A DNA stretch of 64,000 nt, taken from Schizochytrium sp. TIO01 (Eukaryota > Protista > Bigyra: Labyrinthulomycetes). The stretch lies in contig SMSO01000033.1 of assembly GCA_004764695.1 (NCBI GenBank), forward strand, positions 2,356,001 through 2,420,000, given 5' to 3'. How positions within the stretch are numbered: the stretch's first letter is position 1; each line of letters starts with the position of its first letter. Shown piece by piece: positions 9,001 to 18,233 of this stretch. Position numbers and translations under genes: made by a program. The notes beneath the pieces are model-generated. The model ran no database searches, was not told the origin of the DNA, and saw only the letters and a program-made list of their open reading frames with translations.

Positions 9001-11259
9001 TCTGATGAATGGCGTGATTGGTACGCATCCTTGCTTCCTGAGGAAAAGAAACTGCCGGGTGATTTAGGAGAGCTAAATGAGTTCAAACGTTTGCTAATTT
9101 TTCTAGCTATAAGACCAGATAGACTCTGCAATCGAGTATCGGAATTTGTTTGCAATACATTAGGACCTGTCTTTGTTGATCGATTTATTGGATTCGATTT
9201 AGACGCAATTTTCCAAACATCATCTCCATCTGCACCGATACTTTTGGTATCCTTACCAGGATCAGATCCTATGGAAATCGTTGCACGTCTTGGTGCTGCG
9301 ATGAATCGAAGACCCGGTGACGCGGAACGCTTCATAATTCATAACCTCCCCCTTCAAAATTTAGATCTTGTCGAAACGTCCATTCGAGACTGTGCAGAAC
9401 AGGGGCATTGGGTGATGATACAAAATATCCATCTTGCAAGTTCATGGCTGTTCAAATTAGAGGTTTTGTTATCTGATTTGTCTAAATCTGCACATGAAGA
9501 CTTTCGTTGCTTTTTAGTCACGACTCCAGAAAGTTTTCATGATAGCCTTCCAGAGATGCTCGTCCAAGCTTGTGTTAAGGTAGTTTGGGAAACTGGGATT
9601 GACTTGAAGACGAACGTAGAACTTGCGTGGATGAACTTTCCCCAAGAATTTATTGACAACTGCCCTTCAAACCGGGTGACTTTTCAACAAGGACTTTTGA
9701 TTCTTTCGTTTCTACATGCGCAACTGCTTGGACGAAAAAAGTTTAGTACGCTTGGGTGGAGTGAATCATACGAGTTTGGAGAGATTGAAATTCAGCATGC
9801 GGCTAAAGCACTACAAAAGGCTGTGTCAACGGCATCCTCTAGTGAGAATATTAAATGGGAGGAACTTCGATACATCATTGGAAATCTAATATATGGTTCT
9901 CAAATGAATAATTATGGGGATCTTCGGGTCGTGGCAACGCATGTCAACTCTCTATTCCAAAGCTCGCTTGTCACTGAAAGTTCCAAAGGTAAACCAGAGC
10001 TTGCTCCCCGCTATTTGGCCCCTGAGCCTGGGCTTCCGCATAAGCATGTTTTAGCACATATTCGGAAAGCTTGGCCTTCGGAGTCCCCAGAAACGTATGG
10101 TTTGAAAAATTATATAGATCGCCCGTATTGGGTGGCACGCCAAAAAGCTCTTTGTAATGATCTTCGTCGGTTGAGTGGCATTGACGAGCAATCACAAGGG
10201 CAAATAGACCGCCAGGGGAAATTAAGAATGCTCGTCAAAATATTGCTTGAAAAGTGCCCTGGGCCGTTCGCCTTTGTCGAAATTCGAGCAAAAGCAGAAC
10301 CTCTCATTTCTGATAGTCCAAAGGCTCCTCTAATTCTAGTTGCTCTTCAAGAGATCGAATTGATGAATACCCTCCTTGATTGCATAAGGGTGACTTTGGA
10401 GGAGCTTCAAAAAGCCCTTGAAGGAGCATATGATATGACAAATGATATGTTTCAAGTTTCAGAAGCTTTATTGAAGCAAGAAATTCCTCGGAATGGAAAA
10501 TATTCCTGGCTCAAAGCTGCGTGGCCATCGAGCAAACCATTGGATGGCTGGTTCGAGGACGTTGTTAAACACGTAGAGCAGCTCCGAGTTTGGACAGCTG
10601 AGTTTCAGTTGCCAAAGTCCTTGTGGCTTCCCGGTTTTTTAAAACCACTCGCCTTAATTACAGCAATACGCCAAGTGGTTGCTCGAAAGGAAGCAAAAGC
10701 TCTTCATGAGGTTAGACTTCAAGTGGACGTGACTACATGTCGAGATCCTGACAAACTGGTAAGCGGACCTCCTGATGACGGCCTGTTTCTTCATGGGCTT
10801 TTAATTGAAGGAGCAAGGTATTATCTTGGTGATGCTGAGGACGATGCGCTCGAAGAGCGGGAGTACTTTGCTGACGAAGAGGAGCAAAATGGACAAGATT
10901 TTGTATCTGGTAACGATGAAGTTGACAATGATGAAGAGGAGGTTGGTCAAGGAAGCACTTCACATCAATACATGAGAGGAAAAATTCTTTGTGGAGGTTA
11001 CATTGTTCAAAGCGGACTCAAAGAACCGTATACTCAGATGCCTGTACTCCTGATCCGAGGGGTAGTAGGCGGGGAGCAAGACTCAAAATCACAGCAGCAC
11101 GAAGGATGGTCCAAATTCATCTGTCCTTTGTTGGCAACCAGCGGTCTTGACGATGACGAAGGTAAAGCAGTGCTACCACTACTTTGCGTGCCTCTCAGAT
11201 CAAGAGTACCACACGAAACATGGGATTTAGCCAAAGCTAGATTATTGCTTCGAAGTTAA
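1..11259 (+). CDS. Axonemal (outer-arm alpha-type-like) dynein heavy chain with N-terminal filamin/Ig repeat; 5' end lies upstream of the window
   Basis: Frame is open from base 1 (DSFTT...CLAFGPGL...PTMFVIQAND, a filamin-repeat start; HIRGSPFTV end). Tail/linker motifs MRIRHW, KRSAFPRLYF and YGFEYVGN. P-loops: AAA1 GLEVVGKS (degenerate), AAA2 GDPGIGKS, AAA3 GSPGVGKT + FLDDLNLP, AAA4 GIGGCGKK. Stalk coiled coils and MTBD, AAA5 WPIIIDPQ..A..W, AAA6 GHWVMIQNIHL, C-terminal LFLHGLLIEGAR. Confidence 0.95.
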   Translation, partial: DSFTTTFQKYTFLSVTVAEQCLAFGPGLTSGGYPGAPTMFVIQANDVIGLLRSTGGDEFEIRIRNDDIAVLDATIEDNEDGSYAVDFTIPAAGEYTIEIEYTGRFVDETGQKYNTGKSGHIRGSPFTVYFDENAAKSSNKMNGPLVREAIERRFQYTKKLVSATRVQLLKSISPGYAIELAADIKAVIAVKEKLFQVEAERAEIELSLDVTERVALHLAENYGVKSEKRVQDVAKVREEWKSILDGQPNLIAQSNAALRPHVIAHGEKTKDQLLEYEASVISYEETVKRRPCFKWNTGPEGALSSLVETVEIYEARLEKHEDMKKLAKLFEFPELVHGATTVMERISKLLEHAQEMWEVASDALIFVDESKGTLWRKVKPDVLEDEARKRLKIVKALPRDLRESNAYLGLEQEVKNFVLTCPLIAQLGNKAMRIRHWEELQSTIGQSFAGPHENKNLRLGEVLDLGLHNFAAQVESIANRAGKEAKVEAAMTKIERAWSTLQFLEEERVDLDDAPPRIFLSEEDLQLLEADQLTVDAMANSPYMKPFEDAYTTAEGLKGKGVKYWKTALGNIVKIVGFLEHIQQTWAYLGSLFLLSEEVKIALPNDAKRFVALDTDVRKFLEDAVKIKIVLKFCTTPKLAENMEEIHEQLEICKKSLGDFLATKRSAFPRLYFASENQVLDILTKGSDPKHILSHISKIFPQMSTLQTENDTYASHWFSSDRLERGAFDKPVILKGKVEEYLRDVWISSQQSVKVNLEKSIVRYKTQQRKDWVIHKAEKDYAFDLLQISLMVCNVVSTQEMEGVFSAFKSGNRSAMQDYAAKVRQQLMDISKVSRSKNLCKNDRRRISAIVSYDIHSRDLVEDFISNDVTSAASFEWKKHLKQYPDGKTEICDAILQYGFEYVGNYPRLVRTPRTDQVLISAARTLKLQLGGIFTGLEVVGKSEMMRELASTMGSFCYVYNCTPELDFRSIGNLLTGAAAAGAWIAFDQVDRLTQEVLSSLAWQLKHMCDARQSKQSVFRNHSGVEIELMSNFVVLASLRGSGSSLVQTRCPQAFKTYMRPTSLAIPHTKVICEALLAGEGFLEYSELANKLFELFEAGKTYLPHREYYDWTLRSLKSVISAAGTARQAETDDTVIESKTVLQVLHTHIMARLATADTPVMRSILEDLFPKIVSIAKVDPDLDMAVKEACAARELWPEQHFLSRIVDLDELLKLRQAVILLGDPGIGKSECWKTLQRAHQMLKRKTIVKTVYTKAQSIEQLYGFLTPSKNEWRDGILSRILRDIANNSDHTTPKWLVLDGEHDSEWTDSMSTLFGEDRFLTVSSAERIAMKEDTHMIFEMSTLAHASPAAASRTGILYFSNDQGAQWRSLVAAWIQRKEWEDHVKEAITILFETYLPVTLAEVQRSYRSHVKMYNTHLVSGVLHLLDAIISAEEERLTDTPDDVKEATRAIEPSFVYCVVWGIGMPLINLGGTDYRREFSAWWKTTFKNVKFPSRDTVFDYFLNVPTGKFDLWKNSPNFATVSVDVSTIPIHDIIIPTPETTRASYWLERLVAMEHPTLLMGSPGVGKTSLIRGSLRELDLSEQIPLSMNLDYFSTAATFQARLELALEKKSANSWGPPGDETQLVVFLDDLNLPQADKFGSQEVLAYLRQQIETGQVYDRSTLATKQIQGCQYLACMSHTSASNPVDARLLRHFVLFSIELPDVESLQSIYQTILGSHLENFDDGVKALGSGLVEGAIGLHLDVSNKMRASISAPHYNVSLRHLTSVFQGLLMAQPNEFTEPAKMIQLWVHESDRVYGDRLVSEVDMLKYRDLLQSQVKRRFPTANLAKYFGVDNSEPLIFCHFASEESSQDEDPPYAIVEAYDDLIPGLESALAEYNETKSKLDIFFFDEVIDHLCRVSRILQCQRNHGLLVGIGGCGKKSLVRLASYVAACQLYQLPITSGFSFQDFKEELKGLFMQSGINRTRTVLLLPEGDIIDERFLVYLADLISTGSKIEELFVPEEREAIAQSVQSKAKLVGRGSDLSSCFHFFEDAVRDHLHCLFCMDPRAGSFASWIRKFPTLMSCSVIDWFRPYPDRSLRHVARIILEDMDFDSKEVYLGVQTFMTSSYRSACKLAEQYTDTEKHLIHLPIKCYVENLRSFKARLVIAQAANRQKKVRLESVAEKMKEADHLVATLEEIIRAQSADADEKTMLASAQAEEVARDAAVVEKESEIVSREQAKVDEISAEADAIRADSRAEFDKAEPLIKEALDAYDLLTKKDLGECKAMSAAPKGIDDVFCAVLILLAGVDPRIKLNKNGKPKSLTWDNCKKELLGNINEFLNQLKLFKDAVEDFRVPKINWANVRPILNLQQFNAEAIEQKNKAAGSLATWVEKMVAYYDAILCVEPKRQLLEEVDGKLAKATQILDKAKAKVGELEIRLTKLREELEKLAQSRDEAIASLKLSQLKLELARRLTTALSSETERWAATIETLDLEYGTMVGDMLVGTAFLSYAGPFPERYRKLLIDSEWLPSLVEAAAGEEIPVREGFKAADVVTSAADLAAWRYDGLSQDPVSTENAALILNGRGWPIIIDPQMQALPWLKTWAKRLGKCHCIHQNNLELLKELSKAMSSGETLIIENVSLPISRDLLPLIFREIIMRGPQQMIRIGENEVELHSNFRLMLHFGVAHPILPADILSMCPLVNFTVSRQGLQDHLLALTTRKEHRELSEQSVKLSQLEKKLAVQRNELEDAILVSLADAEGDVCADVDLINNLERSKKRLASIAHMANTTEECWQHIQNFFEKYRSVAQRGSLLFSTMNAMYKLHPSYQYSLNSFVSMFIRGIDLVTKPPAEQEQTTMVDRLRASVRNSVVTTRFRWDEDTLVASTRQLAEGLQSDDVVGNLDTIQQVLNGINMSDGEVEERCVVLKRSITNMVFCYLQYGLFAKDSLTIATQICFQILLEDGELDSKDLLSLITCKSMPNVGSMGPLSSWMPAEVWARIKALESSVGLQTIGDDVMSDSDEWRDWYASLLPEEKKLPGDLGELNEFKRLLIFLAIRPDRLCNRVSEFVCNTLGPVFVDRFIGFDLDAIFQTSSPSAPILLVSLPGSDPMEIVARLGAAMNRRPGDAERFIIHNLPLQNLDLVETSIRDCAEQGHWVMIQNIHLASSWLFKLEVLLSDLSKSAHEDFRCFLVTTPESFHDSLPEMLVQACVKVVWETGIDLKTNVELAWMNFPQEFIDNCPSNRVTFQQGLLILSFLHAQLLGRKKFSTLGWSESYEFGEIEIQHAAKALQKAVSTASSSENIKWEELRYIIGNLIYGSQMNNYGDLRVVATHVNSLFQSSLVTESSKGKPELAPRYLAPEPGLPHKHVLAHIRKAWPSESPETYGLKNYIDRPYWVARQKALCNDLRRLSGIDEQSQGQIDRQGKLRMLVKILLEKCPGPFAFVEIRAKAEPLISDSPKAPLILVALQEIELMNTLLDCIRVTLEELQKALEGAYDMTNDMFQVSEALLKQEIPRNGKYSWLKAAWPSSKPLDGWFEDVVKHVEQLRVWTAEFQLPKSLWLPGFLKPLALITAIRQVVARKEAKALHEVRLQVDVTTCRDPDKLVSGPPDDGLFLHGLLIEGARYYLGDAEDDALEEREYFADEEEQNGQDFVSGNDEVDNDEEEVGQGSTSHQYMRGKILCGGYIVQSGLKEPYTQMPVLLIRGVVGGEQDSKSQQHEGWSKFICPLLATSGLDDDEGKAVLPLLCVPLRSRVPHETWDLAKARLLLRS

Positions 11260-11325
11260 AGAGGATGTGAATGCCGCATTTTTATTGCTTTCTCAAACTA
11301 CAGCGGGCGCATTCTCATATAATTT

Positions 11326-13467
11326 TTATTTCCCCTTCGGAATCTCGATTGAAATTGAGCCTTGACGAATCGCTTTATGAAAAAGGACGCGATTCAGTTC
11401 TTGCTTCATATGCGCATCTGAAGGAAGAGGTTTGGACCATAGGAGATCAATAGCTGTTTCATCATCGATGACGCTTCCAGTAATCAAAACCAGCACACAG
11501 TTCGGGCAGGTTTCCCGTATACGATGTGTAAAGGTAGAATCAGAGAGATCTAGCAGAATAATATGAAATGATGTTTCTTGTGCCTTGAGAAGTGCATCCT
11601 GTTCGGTGCTTGCAGTTTGCACAGACATGTTTGTTCCGAGACGATTGATCGTACGTACAACCATACTTGTAGTTGTGGAGTTATTGGATACAACCAAAAC
11701 ATCCAGTTTTGTTGGGAGGGGAAGAACAGAGTTCAGCAATGCAGCGACGTCGTTAGGTTTTGCTGGGAGTGGTTTAAGTACAAAACGGTCAGCACCAGCA
11801 AGAAGATGCTCCTTGGACATGTCGTTTGCCGAGCAACCAATTATAGCACCAGCATACCCCTGCTCACGAAGCTTACGAATAGTCTCCTCTCCGGTCATTG
11901 GCACACGAAGAGGATCTGGCATATAATGGTCCATAATGATAAGATCGTAATCGGTCTGAGCGGCTTTCGTTAAAGCTTCCTCTCCACTGCTTGCTTGATC
12001 AAATTCCCATCCACGTGCTACGCGCTTGAGCATACGTGAGACAATCATACGAACCATTTTGTCATCATCAACGTGGAGAACTTTTGCTCGCGCTCGGAAG
12101 GGCTTCAGGTTTGGGTTTTGTGCTGATGCTGCAGCAGGATCTGGTACAGTTTCTGGAAGAGGGAGAGAGATTTGAAAGCGCGCTCCCGGACATCCCTCTA
12201 CGCCAGACTGAAACGTTGGATCCAAATGGATGGAGCCATCCATCTTTTCGGCAAGAAGCTTGGCTAACGCAAGTCCAACTCCAGTTCCTTGTCTCATAGT
12301 ATCCAAGGTTTCTTGGTATTTTTGAAAGAGATGGTCACATTCATCAGGGGCAATGCCAGGTCCCGAATCCTCCACAATAACATGGATCCACTTTGGATGG
12401 TCTTTGTCCCGTATAACGCGGAGACGCAAGAATCCCTTTGAAACGAATCGAAGGGCATTCTGGGCAACGTTATTGACCAGCTGTAACAAGCGAGCCCGGT
12501 CAGCTTGAACCCAAAAGTCAACAGGACAATCCAATTCTATGCTCACCCCATTATTTACATTTCGTATGAGTCCTTCTTTAACTGGCTCAAGAATATCTTG
12601 GCGCATACAGGTAGGGCCAGTGCGGAGCTCGAGTAGTCCCACAGAGAAACGATTTAAATCAAGGAGGTTGCGAAGCATCTCATCAATGAACCCAAGGCTT
12701 ACATTCATAGTTTGCAAATCATCGAGAACTCCCGTGAGCGTGTTAGGAAATAAAGGGTTTTGCGGTTTGATGCCACTGCCACTGTTTTTGTCTGGAGCGT
12801 TGCTTCGATTGATTTCTTTGTTAACGGCTGCTTGAACAAAAGATATCGCGGAGCAACATACTGAGAGGGGATTGCGAATTTCGTGAGCAATGAATTCATT
12901 CAAAGCTCTCTCAGCACCCATAGCTGCAAGAAGTGCTGTGTATCGTTCTGTAATGGCAGCGTCAGCCGTCATCGTTGCTCTTTTTGCCCGGGACTGCATC
13001 ACGGAAAGATAAAATAAAGCTATAAGAACAAAGCAAACCGCAAAAAGCGCCCCTGCGGCGATACCTGCGCCGAACCCAACGCCCACACCACCTCCAATAC
13101 CAGCAACTACAAATGCCACAGCCACCATGATGCGTTCTTGTGTAAGCCAAAACCATCGGCTGCGTTTCAGGGTTGCTGTGGATGTGGTTTCTGCATCCTT
13201 TTGACGTTCATTTGCGATAAAAATCGGTACATCATCATTGCCTAGGCCTTGGCTAGACCCAGAATAGTATCCCTTGCTCGAGCCACCATTTACGCTTGGC
13301 CTTGGTGTAGCAGCAACACTACTTAGATCGAGTCCATCAAAATTTGTTGCCAAAAATATACCTTTCCCGCTGTTGCTACCACTGGTGCTCCCTGCTGGGT
13401 TTGGAGATGTGCACGCCCTTGGCTCAGATACCAAATCTTTGGCAGAAGACATGGTCGGGGATGCCAT
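11326..13467 (-). CDS. Membrane-anchored hybrid sensor histidine kinase (TM hairpin-HisKA-HATPase-REC-degenerate REC)
   Basis: H-box FIAHEIRNPL, N-box QLVNNVAQNALRF, G1 EDSGPGI, G2 GTGVGLAL. Receiver VLHVDDD...IIMDHYMP...LKP. Second receiver-like domain (VLVVSNN...ILLDLSD...SKP). Hydrophobic Gly/Ala stretch at aa ~113-156. Confidence 0.93.
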   Translation of the reverse strand: MASPTMSSAKDLVSEPRACTSPNPAGSTSGSNSGKGIFLATNFDGLDLSSVAATPRPSVNGGSSKGYYSGSSQGLGNDDVPIFIANERQKDAETTSTATLKRSRWFWLTQERIMVAVAFVVAGIGGGVGVGFGAGIAAGALFAVCFVLIALFYLSVMQSRAKRATMTADAAITERYTALLAAMGAERALNEFIAHEIRNPLSVCCSAISFVQAAVNKEINRSNAPDKNSGSGIKPQNPLFPNTLTGVLDDLQTMNVSLGFIDEMLRNLLDLNRFSVGLLELRTGPTCMRQDILEPVKEGLIRNVNNGVSIELDCPVDFWVQADRARLLQLVNNVAQNALRFVSKGFLRLRVIRDKDHPKWIHVIVEDSGPGIAPDECDHLFQKYQETLDTMRQGTGVGLALAKLLAEKMDGSIHLDPTFQSGVEGCPGARFQISLPLPETVPDPAAASAQNPNLKPFRARAKVLHVDDDKMVRMIVSRMLKRVARGWEFDQASSGEEALTKAAQTDYDLIIMDHYMPDPLRVPMTGEETIRKLREQGYAGAIIGCSANDMSKEHLLAGADRFVLKPLPAKPNDVAALLNSVLPLPTKLDVLVVSNNSTTTSMVVRTINRLGTNMSVQTASTEQDALLKAQETSFHIILLDLSDSTFTHRIRETCPNCVLVLITGSVIDDETAIDLLWSKPLPSDAHMKQELNRVLFHKAIRQGSISIEIPKGK

Positions 13468-14220
13468 TTGTCCCGGGTTGTTGTGTTTAAGGGGCGGAAT
13501 TTTGGCTGTAGAAATGTCACGGATCTACACGAGCGAATGTCAACCAATTTACAGGAAAGTGTAACTCGAATTAAACAAAGTAAGTTTTGAGAAATTCTTG
13601 GGGTCTCTGGTAAGGTTTGCTCCAGATTGGATTCGTTCCCACCTCTCGTAGTCGAGAACTCCGCCTTTCCCACCAGTTCCGACCTTGTGCTGCACACGAG
13701 GTTGCCCTTACGGTCGCGCAGCGCTTCTTCGACTCGGGGCGGTACTTGAATCGATCCTTCCCCTTGCAATGAACGCACTGATGGGATCCAATCCTCCGCG
13801 ACAACCAGCGGCGAACCCCCCAAAACTCCCGCCGCGCGTTCGCGCAGCCCGAGCTGCAGAGGTCAGCCCTTCTGCGAAGGACGCCGCCCGGCCAAGCAGG
13901 CAAGCTTCCACAGCGAGTTGCAGCAATCGAGGTCTGCCGGAACTTCTCCTTGGCCAGAGAAACCTCATCTGTAGAAGTGGAATCAATAAATCGATCATCA
14001 AAACCCACGAATCAATAGCAACAGTAAGCAGCACTAACTTACTAACTAATGAGATAGTAACTCGTAGGTCTGAAGTGGGAAGGTAGCAGAAGCAAGACGA
14101 GCGATCGATCACTTCACCAGCATCATCAATCAAAGCGAATCAGTCAGCGAAGCCGCCTTCAAGGCGGGGAAGGGCCTGCCCAGCTGGTCCCGGAGGACCC
14201 CGGGAGGTCAGGCGTGTGTC

Positions 14221-14255
14221 TGTTTGTTTGTTTGTTTGTTTGTTTGTTTGTTTGT
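14221..14255. repeat. (TTTG)n microsatellite
   Basis: Perfect tetranucleotide run read directly. Confidence 0.95.
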
Positions 14256-16439
14256 CTGGCCACTTCTGCGAGCACGACGAGTGGAACTCACTCGCAGTAC
14301 GCAGCGAACCCATTCACAACCCCAGTCGTTCATCTCCACGCCAGAAAACGAGGACCAGGATAGGCATAGCCACCTTTCAAGGCACTCACTTCCTTCGCGT
14401 TTGTCTGCGTTGCCACGCTCGACTCGGCTGCACTAGGACCAGCTCCGCCGAGCTCCGCACGGACTCCAAGCGAAGCGCCAGCGACAATATCAGTGAACTA
14501 ACGAATGAATGAATTCGAGCGAATGAGTGCTTAAGTTAGTCACTCGATTCCGCTTCGGCGCCGATCTTTCCTGCCGGCAGCTGAAGATTCCGGGGACGAT
14601 TGGAGAGTCTTCGTGAGGAGGTGCATCTCAGCGCTGTTCAAGGGTCGTCACCGTGCGACCAATCATTCATCCATCCATCCATGGCAACTTTCAACTCCAA
14701 ATTGCAGTTCGTTCATCGTTCATCAACATCCTTGAGTGCTCCTGTACGAGTCCTTAGGCGCCTCCTACGCATATCCCTAAAGCGCTTATTCTTCTTCATC
14801 ATAACTTCAACACTCATTCCACTTCTCAAAAATTAAAACAAAGCAGTAGGAGTGGACTACTGCTTACTACAGCTATCTCTCTATTTATTTGTTTACTTGG
14901 ATTTAGTTTATATATTTAATAAAAACTTGGAGGAAGTAGAAAGCAAGCCAATTTCGGGACGGTCACGAATAACAACGACCGAATAAGGCCCAGCCTCTGC
15001 TACCAGAACACGCGCATGCCGCATGGCATCTAATACCGCAATGCGGCGGGTCTCGTATAAAAGGTGCTGGCGGGAGCGAAAGAGTGCGATACGAACGAAG
15101 AGGGCCTTGAAATCAGCTCACGCTCGCGGCGAAGCCCTTCAAAGGCCTTCGATATCGAGGCCCCGAAGCCGCCCGAGTCCGCTTCTCGTCCCAGTCCAAG
15201 CGGGTCCCTGACGAAACTGGGCACGAGCGCAGGTTTTCTGCGGCGCTTGCGAACTTGGCGCCGGCAGCTAGGCGAAACCGCTAGCAGTGCGCTAGAGATG
15301 TGACGAGATTCTTCTTCTTTCAAGTTCTGTGGGACGCGCGTGCATAATGAACGCCAGCAAAGAGAGCGCCATATTGGATTGGCTTTCGCAGAATTCGCAA
15401 TGCATTTTATTTGCGAACCCGCGAGTCCAAGATGAAAGCGCGCGACGCTGCGGCGACTCGACTTCACGCTGGGCTCGGCGGGCAGCTAGCTGGCTGGCCC
15501 GCTGGCTGGCTGGCTGACTCCGGCTGCTCGCGGTGGAGGAACTAGATGGTGGTGATCTTGGCCGACTCGCTCGCTGGGTAGCACGCGGGCGCCTTCTTCC
15601 CGAGGACTGCGAACATGAGTGGGCCCGCGCAGATGTACTCGCGGTGCGGAGGAAAAGGAACCGAGGCGGGCGCGAAGAGGGCGGGAGTCATACCCTAAAC
15701 TAAATGAGAAGCTGCGGCGATCGTGCCAGGTCTCCTTGGAGCACGGGTTTTTGCATTTTTTTAATGGCAGGTATCTGTGAGGTAAATTGACCTTCTAGTC
15801 TCGCTGCCAGTGTGCGATGCCCATCGCAGGTAATTCGCTGTGCAGGACGGTCGACGTGGGCGAGAGAAAGAAGGAGCTCTGCTGAGGATAGGGTCAAGGT
15901 TCCGGGGCAGGGTCGAGGGCTACGTCTGTCTATTTATTGTCGTGTGCATTTCGGTAAAGGAGTATGCGTGTGGGGTCCTGGACCTTTCTCAAGAGATGGG
16001 ACCATTTATGGTAGCTCTGGCGACTTGTGCACCACGATGCATGGTAGCTAGCTAACTAGCTAGTTAGCGAGCATACACGTTTGACTGGTTAGGTTATTGT
16101 GCAGAAGTAGCAGTAGAAGCAGGTGCTATTAGTACTGATGCTTTCACCTTCTGTAAGCGCCCACGCATCGCAAGTTTTGATAAATAGGAAGCAAAACAGG
16201 AGGAGAGATTGAGTAACAAAAAACAAACATATTGCCTTAGGCTGAGTTAAAAGGAGTGACTTGTAGGAGGCAAAAACTAGAATGAAAGATGATTAGGGAG
16301 ATTTGCACGAGCAAACAATCTACAAAAAAAATGGCGTGCTCAATGAAGGTGAGCTCAAGGGGGGGTGGTATTTTGGGCGAAAGTGCGAATACCTGAAGAA
16401 TGGGAGCATTTCTAATAGTTTTTTTTTTTTTGCATTCAA

Positions 16440-17636
16440 TTACTTCTTCTTGGCAACAGCGTTGGCCTTGTTTGAGACCTTGACAAAACGGTAGTGAGCA
16501 ACAAACCACTCATTGCCAGCTCCATTGCCGTTATCGTACTTGAAGAGCTCAGAGCAGGCCATACAAAAGAGACGCCAGGCTTGATATTGTTCAGATGCCT
16601 TGTCGCCATAGCCTTCTTCGAAGAACTTGATCAAGTCTTTGCGGTTCTTGTCGAGGTTAACAAGCCAGTCCTCGAGGGTGCGAGAGTAGTGAACGCCGTT
16701 AATTGCCCAGCGGTTCTCAACACGAAGGTGGTCATTGATCATCAGAAAGAGGTCATACGAAGGCATGGTGCCACCGGAGAAGAAGTTCTCGCTCATCCAG
16801 CCATCCTGGAAGTGGTATGGCATATCCTTGTGGCAGAATACGTGGACCATGACTTTGCCCTCGTCCTTAAGCCAGAGCGAGATATTCTTAAAGAGCACCC
16901 AATAGTTTTTCACGTGCTCAAACATTTCAATGCTAAGAACACGGTCGAAGCTAGCCTCGGGGAGTTCCAGATCGTTGACATCGCAAGTCTTGATATCAAC
17001 GTTCTTGTAGCCGCGTTCCTTGGCACGCGCCATGATGAACTCGCGCTGAGAGTTGGAGTGCGAGACTCCGAGCACATTGAGCTTAGGGTAGTGCTTGCCA
17101 ATGTACAAACTAAGAGATCCCCAGCCACAGCCAAGGTCGAGGACCTTGGAGCCCGCAGGAAGCTTGTCAAGTTCAGCACGGTCGCAGAAGAGCTTCAAGG
17201 CATGGTCCTCAGACTCAGCGAGTGTGGTGTTCGCATCCGGGTATAGACAGCATGAGTACTTCATCTGCGGTCCCATCTTCTTAATGAAGAACTCTGCCGG
17301 GACCTCGTAGTGCTGCTCCGCAGACGCATCAGACTGCTCTGCGATTCCACGTGTCTTGAGGTCCTCCACGAAGGCGTGGATGTACTCAGCCTGCTTCTCG
17401 ACATCGCCGCCAAAAGTAACTGTGTTGATGGTGGACGCAAGGAGCTTGCGGATTCCGAAACGCACGATCTTGTCCGGCATGTAACCCTTTTCAATCGAAG
17501 GCAGGAGAATTGGCTGCAGCACATTATTCACAATTACATCCATCTTGGTCTGATTCTCAGCGCCTTGTTTACGCATCTTGTCTGCCTCACTCACAGGTGA
17601 GCCCGCGTTGTTGTTCTCCTGCTTGGACGCCGCCAT
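16440..17636 (-). CDS. SAM-dependent methyltransferase, CFA-synthase superfamily (coclaurine N-methyltransferase-like subfamily)
   Basis: PDKIVRFGIRKL, EQHYEVPAEFF..MGPQMKYSCC, VLDLGCGWGS, SHSNSQREFI, FDRVLSIEMFEHVKN, VHVFCH, WMSENFFSGGTMPS, HYSRTLEDW, WRLFCMACSELF. Confidence 0.93.
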   Translation of the reverse strand: MAASKQENNNAGSPVSEADKMRKQGAENQTKMDVIVNNVLQPILLPSIEKGYMPDKIVRFGIRKLLASTINTVTFGGDVEKQAEYIHAFVEDLKTRGIAEQSDASAEQHYEVPAEFFIKKMGPQMKYSCCLYPDANTTLAESEDHALKLFCDRAELDKLPAGSKVLDLGCGWGSLSLYIGKHYPKLNVLGVSHSNSQREFIMARAKERGYKNVDIKTCDVNDLELPEASFDRVLSIEMFEHVKNYWVLFKNISLWLKDEGKVMVHVFCHKDMPYHFQDGWMSENFFSGGTMPSYDLFLMINDHLRVENRWAINGVHYSRTLEDWLVNLDKNRKDLIKFFEEGYGDKASEQYQAWRLFCMACSELFKYDNGNGAGNEWFVAHYRFVKVSNKANAVAKKK

Positions 17637-17963
17637 CTTGCCTTGCCAAGAAGTTGATTAGTCTAAAGTTCACGCGTGTCGCGTCGAGTCAAGTTAAGCG
17701 AAGCGAAGCGGAAAGGAGGAGAAGCTTGCGTCTCTCACAACCTGCAGCTCACGTCCTGAGGGTGGCGGAGTTGTTCGCAAGCCTGAGGCGACCTCTGATT
17801 CGACAATTGCCAGCGAAGAAGACACGAATAGTGAATGTATGAATTGCTGAATGAATGACAATCAATCAATGAATTGCTAAAGGACTGAAGATCAGCGCTT
17901 GATTCCCAATAGCAGCTATAGCTACCTAAGGTATTAGGTAGGTACCCCTCCCTACCCAATGAA

Positions 17964-17965
<2 letters not shown>

Positions 17966-18005
<40 letters not shown>
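17966..18005. repeat. (TTTC)n microsatellite
   Basis: Direct reading. Confidence 0.95.
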
Positions 18006-18198
18006 GAGCCAGGAACTGCTTACAGACAAAGCATCGACCAAAGAAAGTTGGCTGCTTTTTCCAGCCCAGACGTGAACAAGCCGCGGAGGCCACGATAAGA
18101 TATCGATCGAGGCGCTCAGGTGAACCAGCTTGTTCGCGGCGCAAGGGCATAAACACCCAATCGCGATTCGCAATCGAACGAAGGCATGAAACTGATTT

Positions 18199-18200
<2 letters not shown>

Positions 18201-18232
<32 letters not shown>
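18201..18232. repeat. (TGAT)n microsatellite
   Basis: Direct reading. Confidence 0.95.

Positions 18233-18233
<1 letters not shown>

Noticed and set aside
15030-15070. CCGCAATGCGG dyad followed by TATAAAAG
   Set aside because: Promoter-like, but no credible downstream gene or RNA could be assigned.
16494-17246. 250-aa antisense ORF over the methyltransferase
   Set aside because: Shadow frame produced by codon bias; non-ATG start and no motifs.
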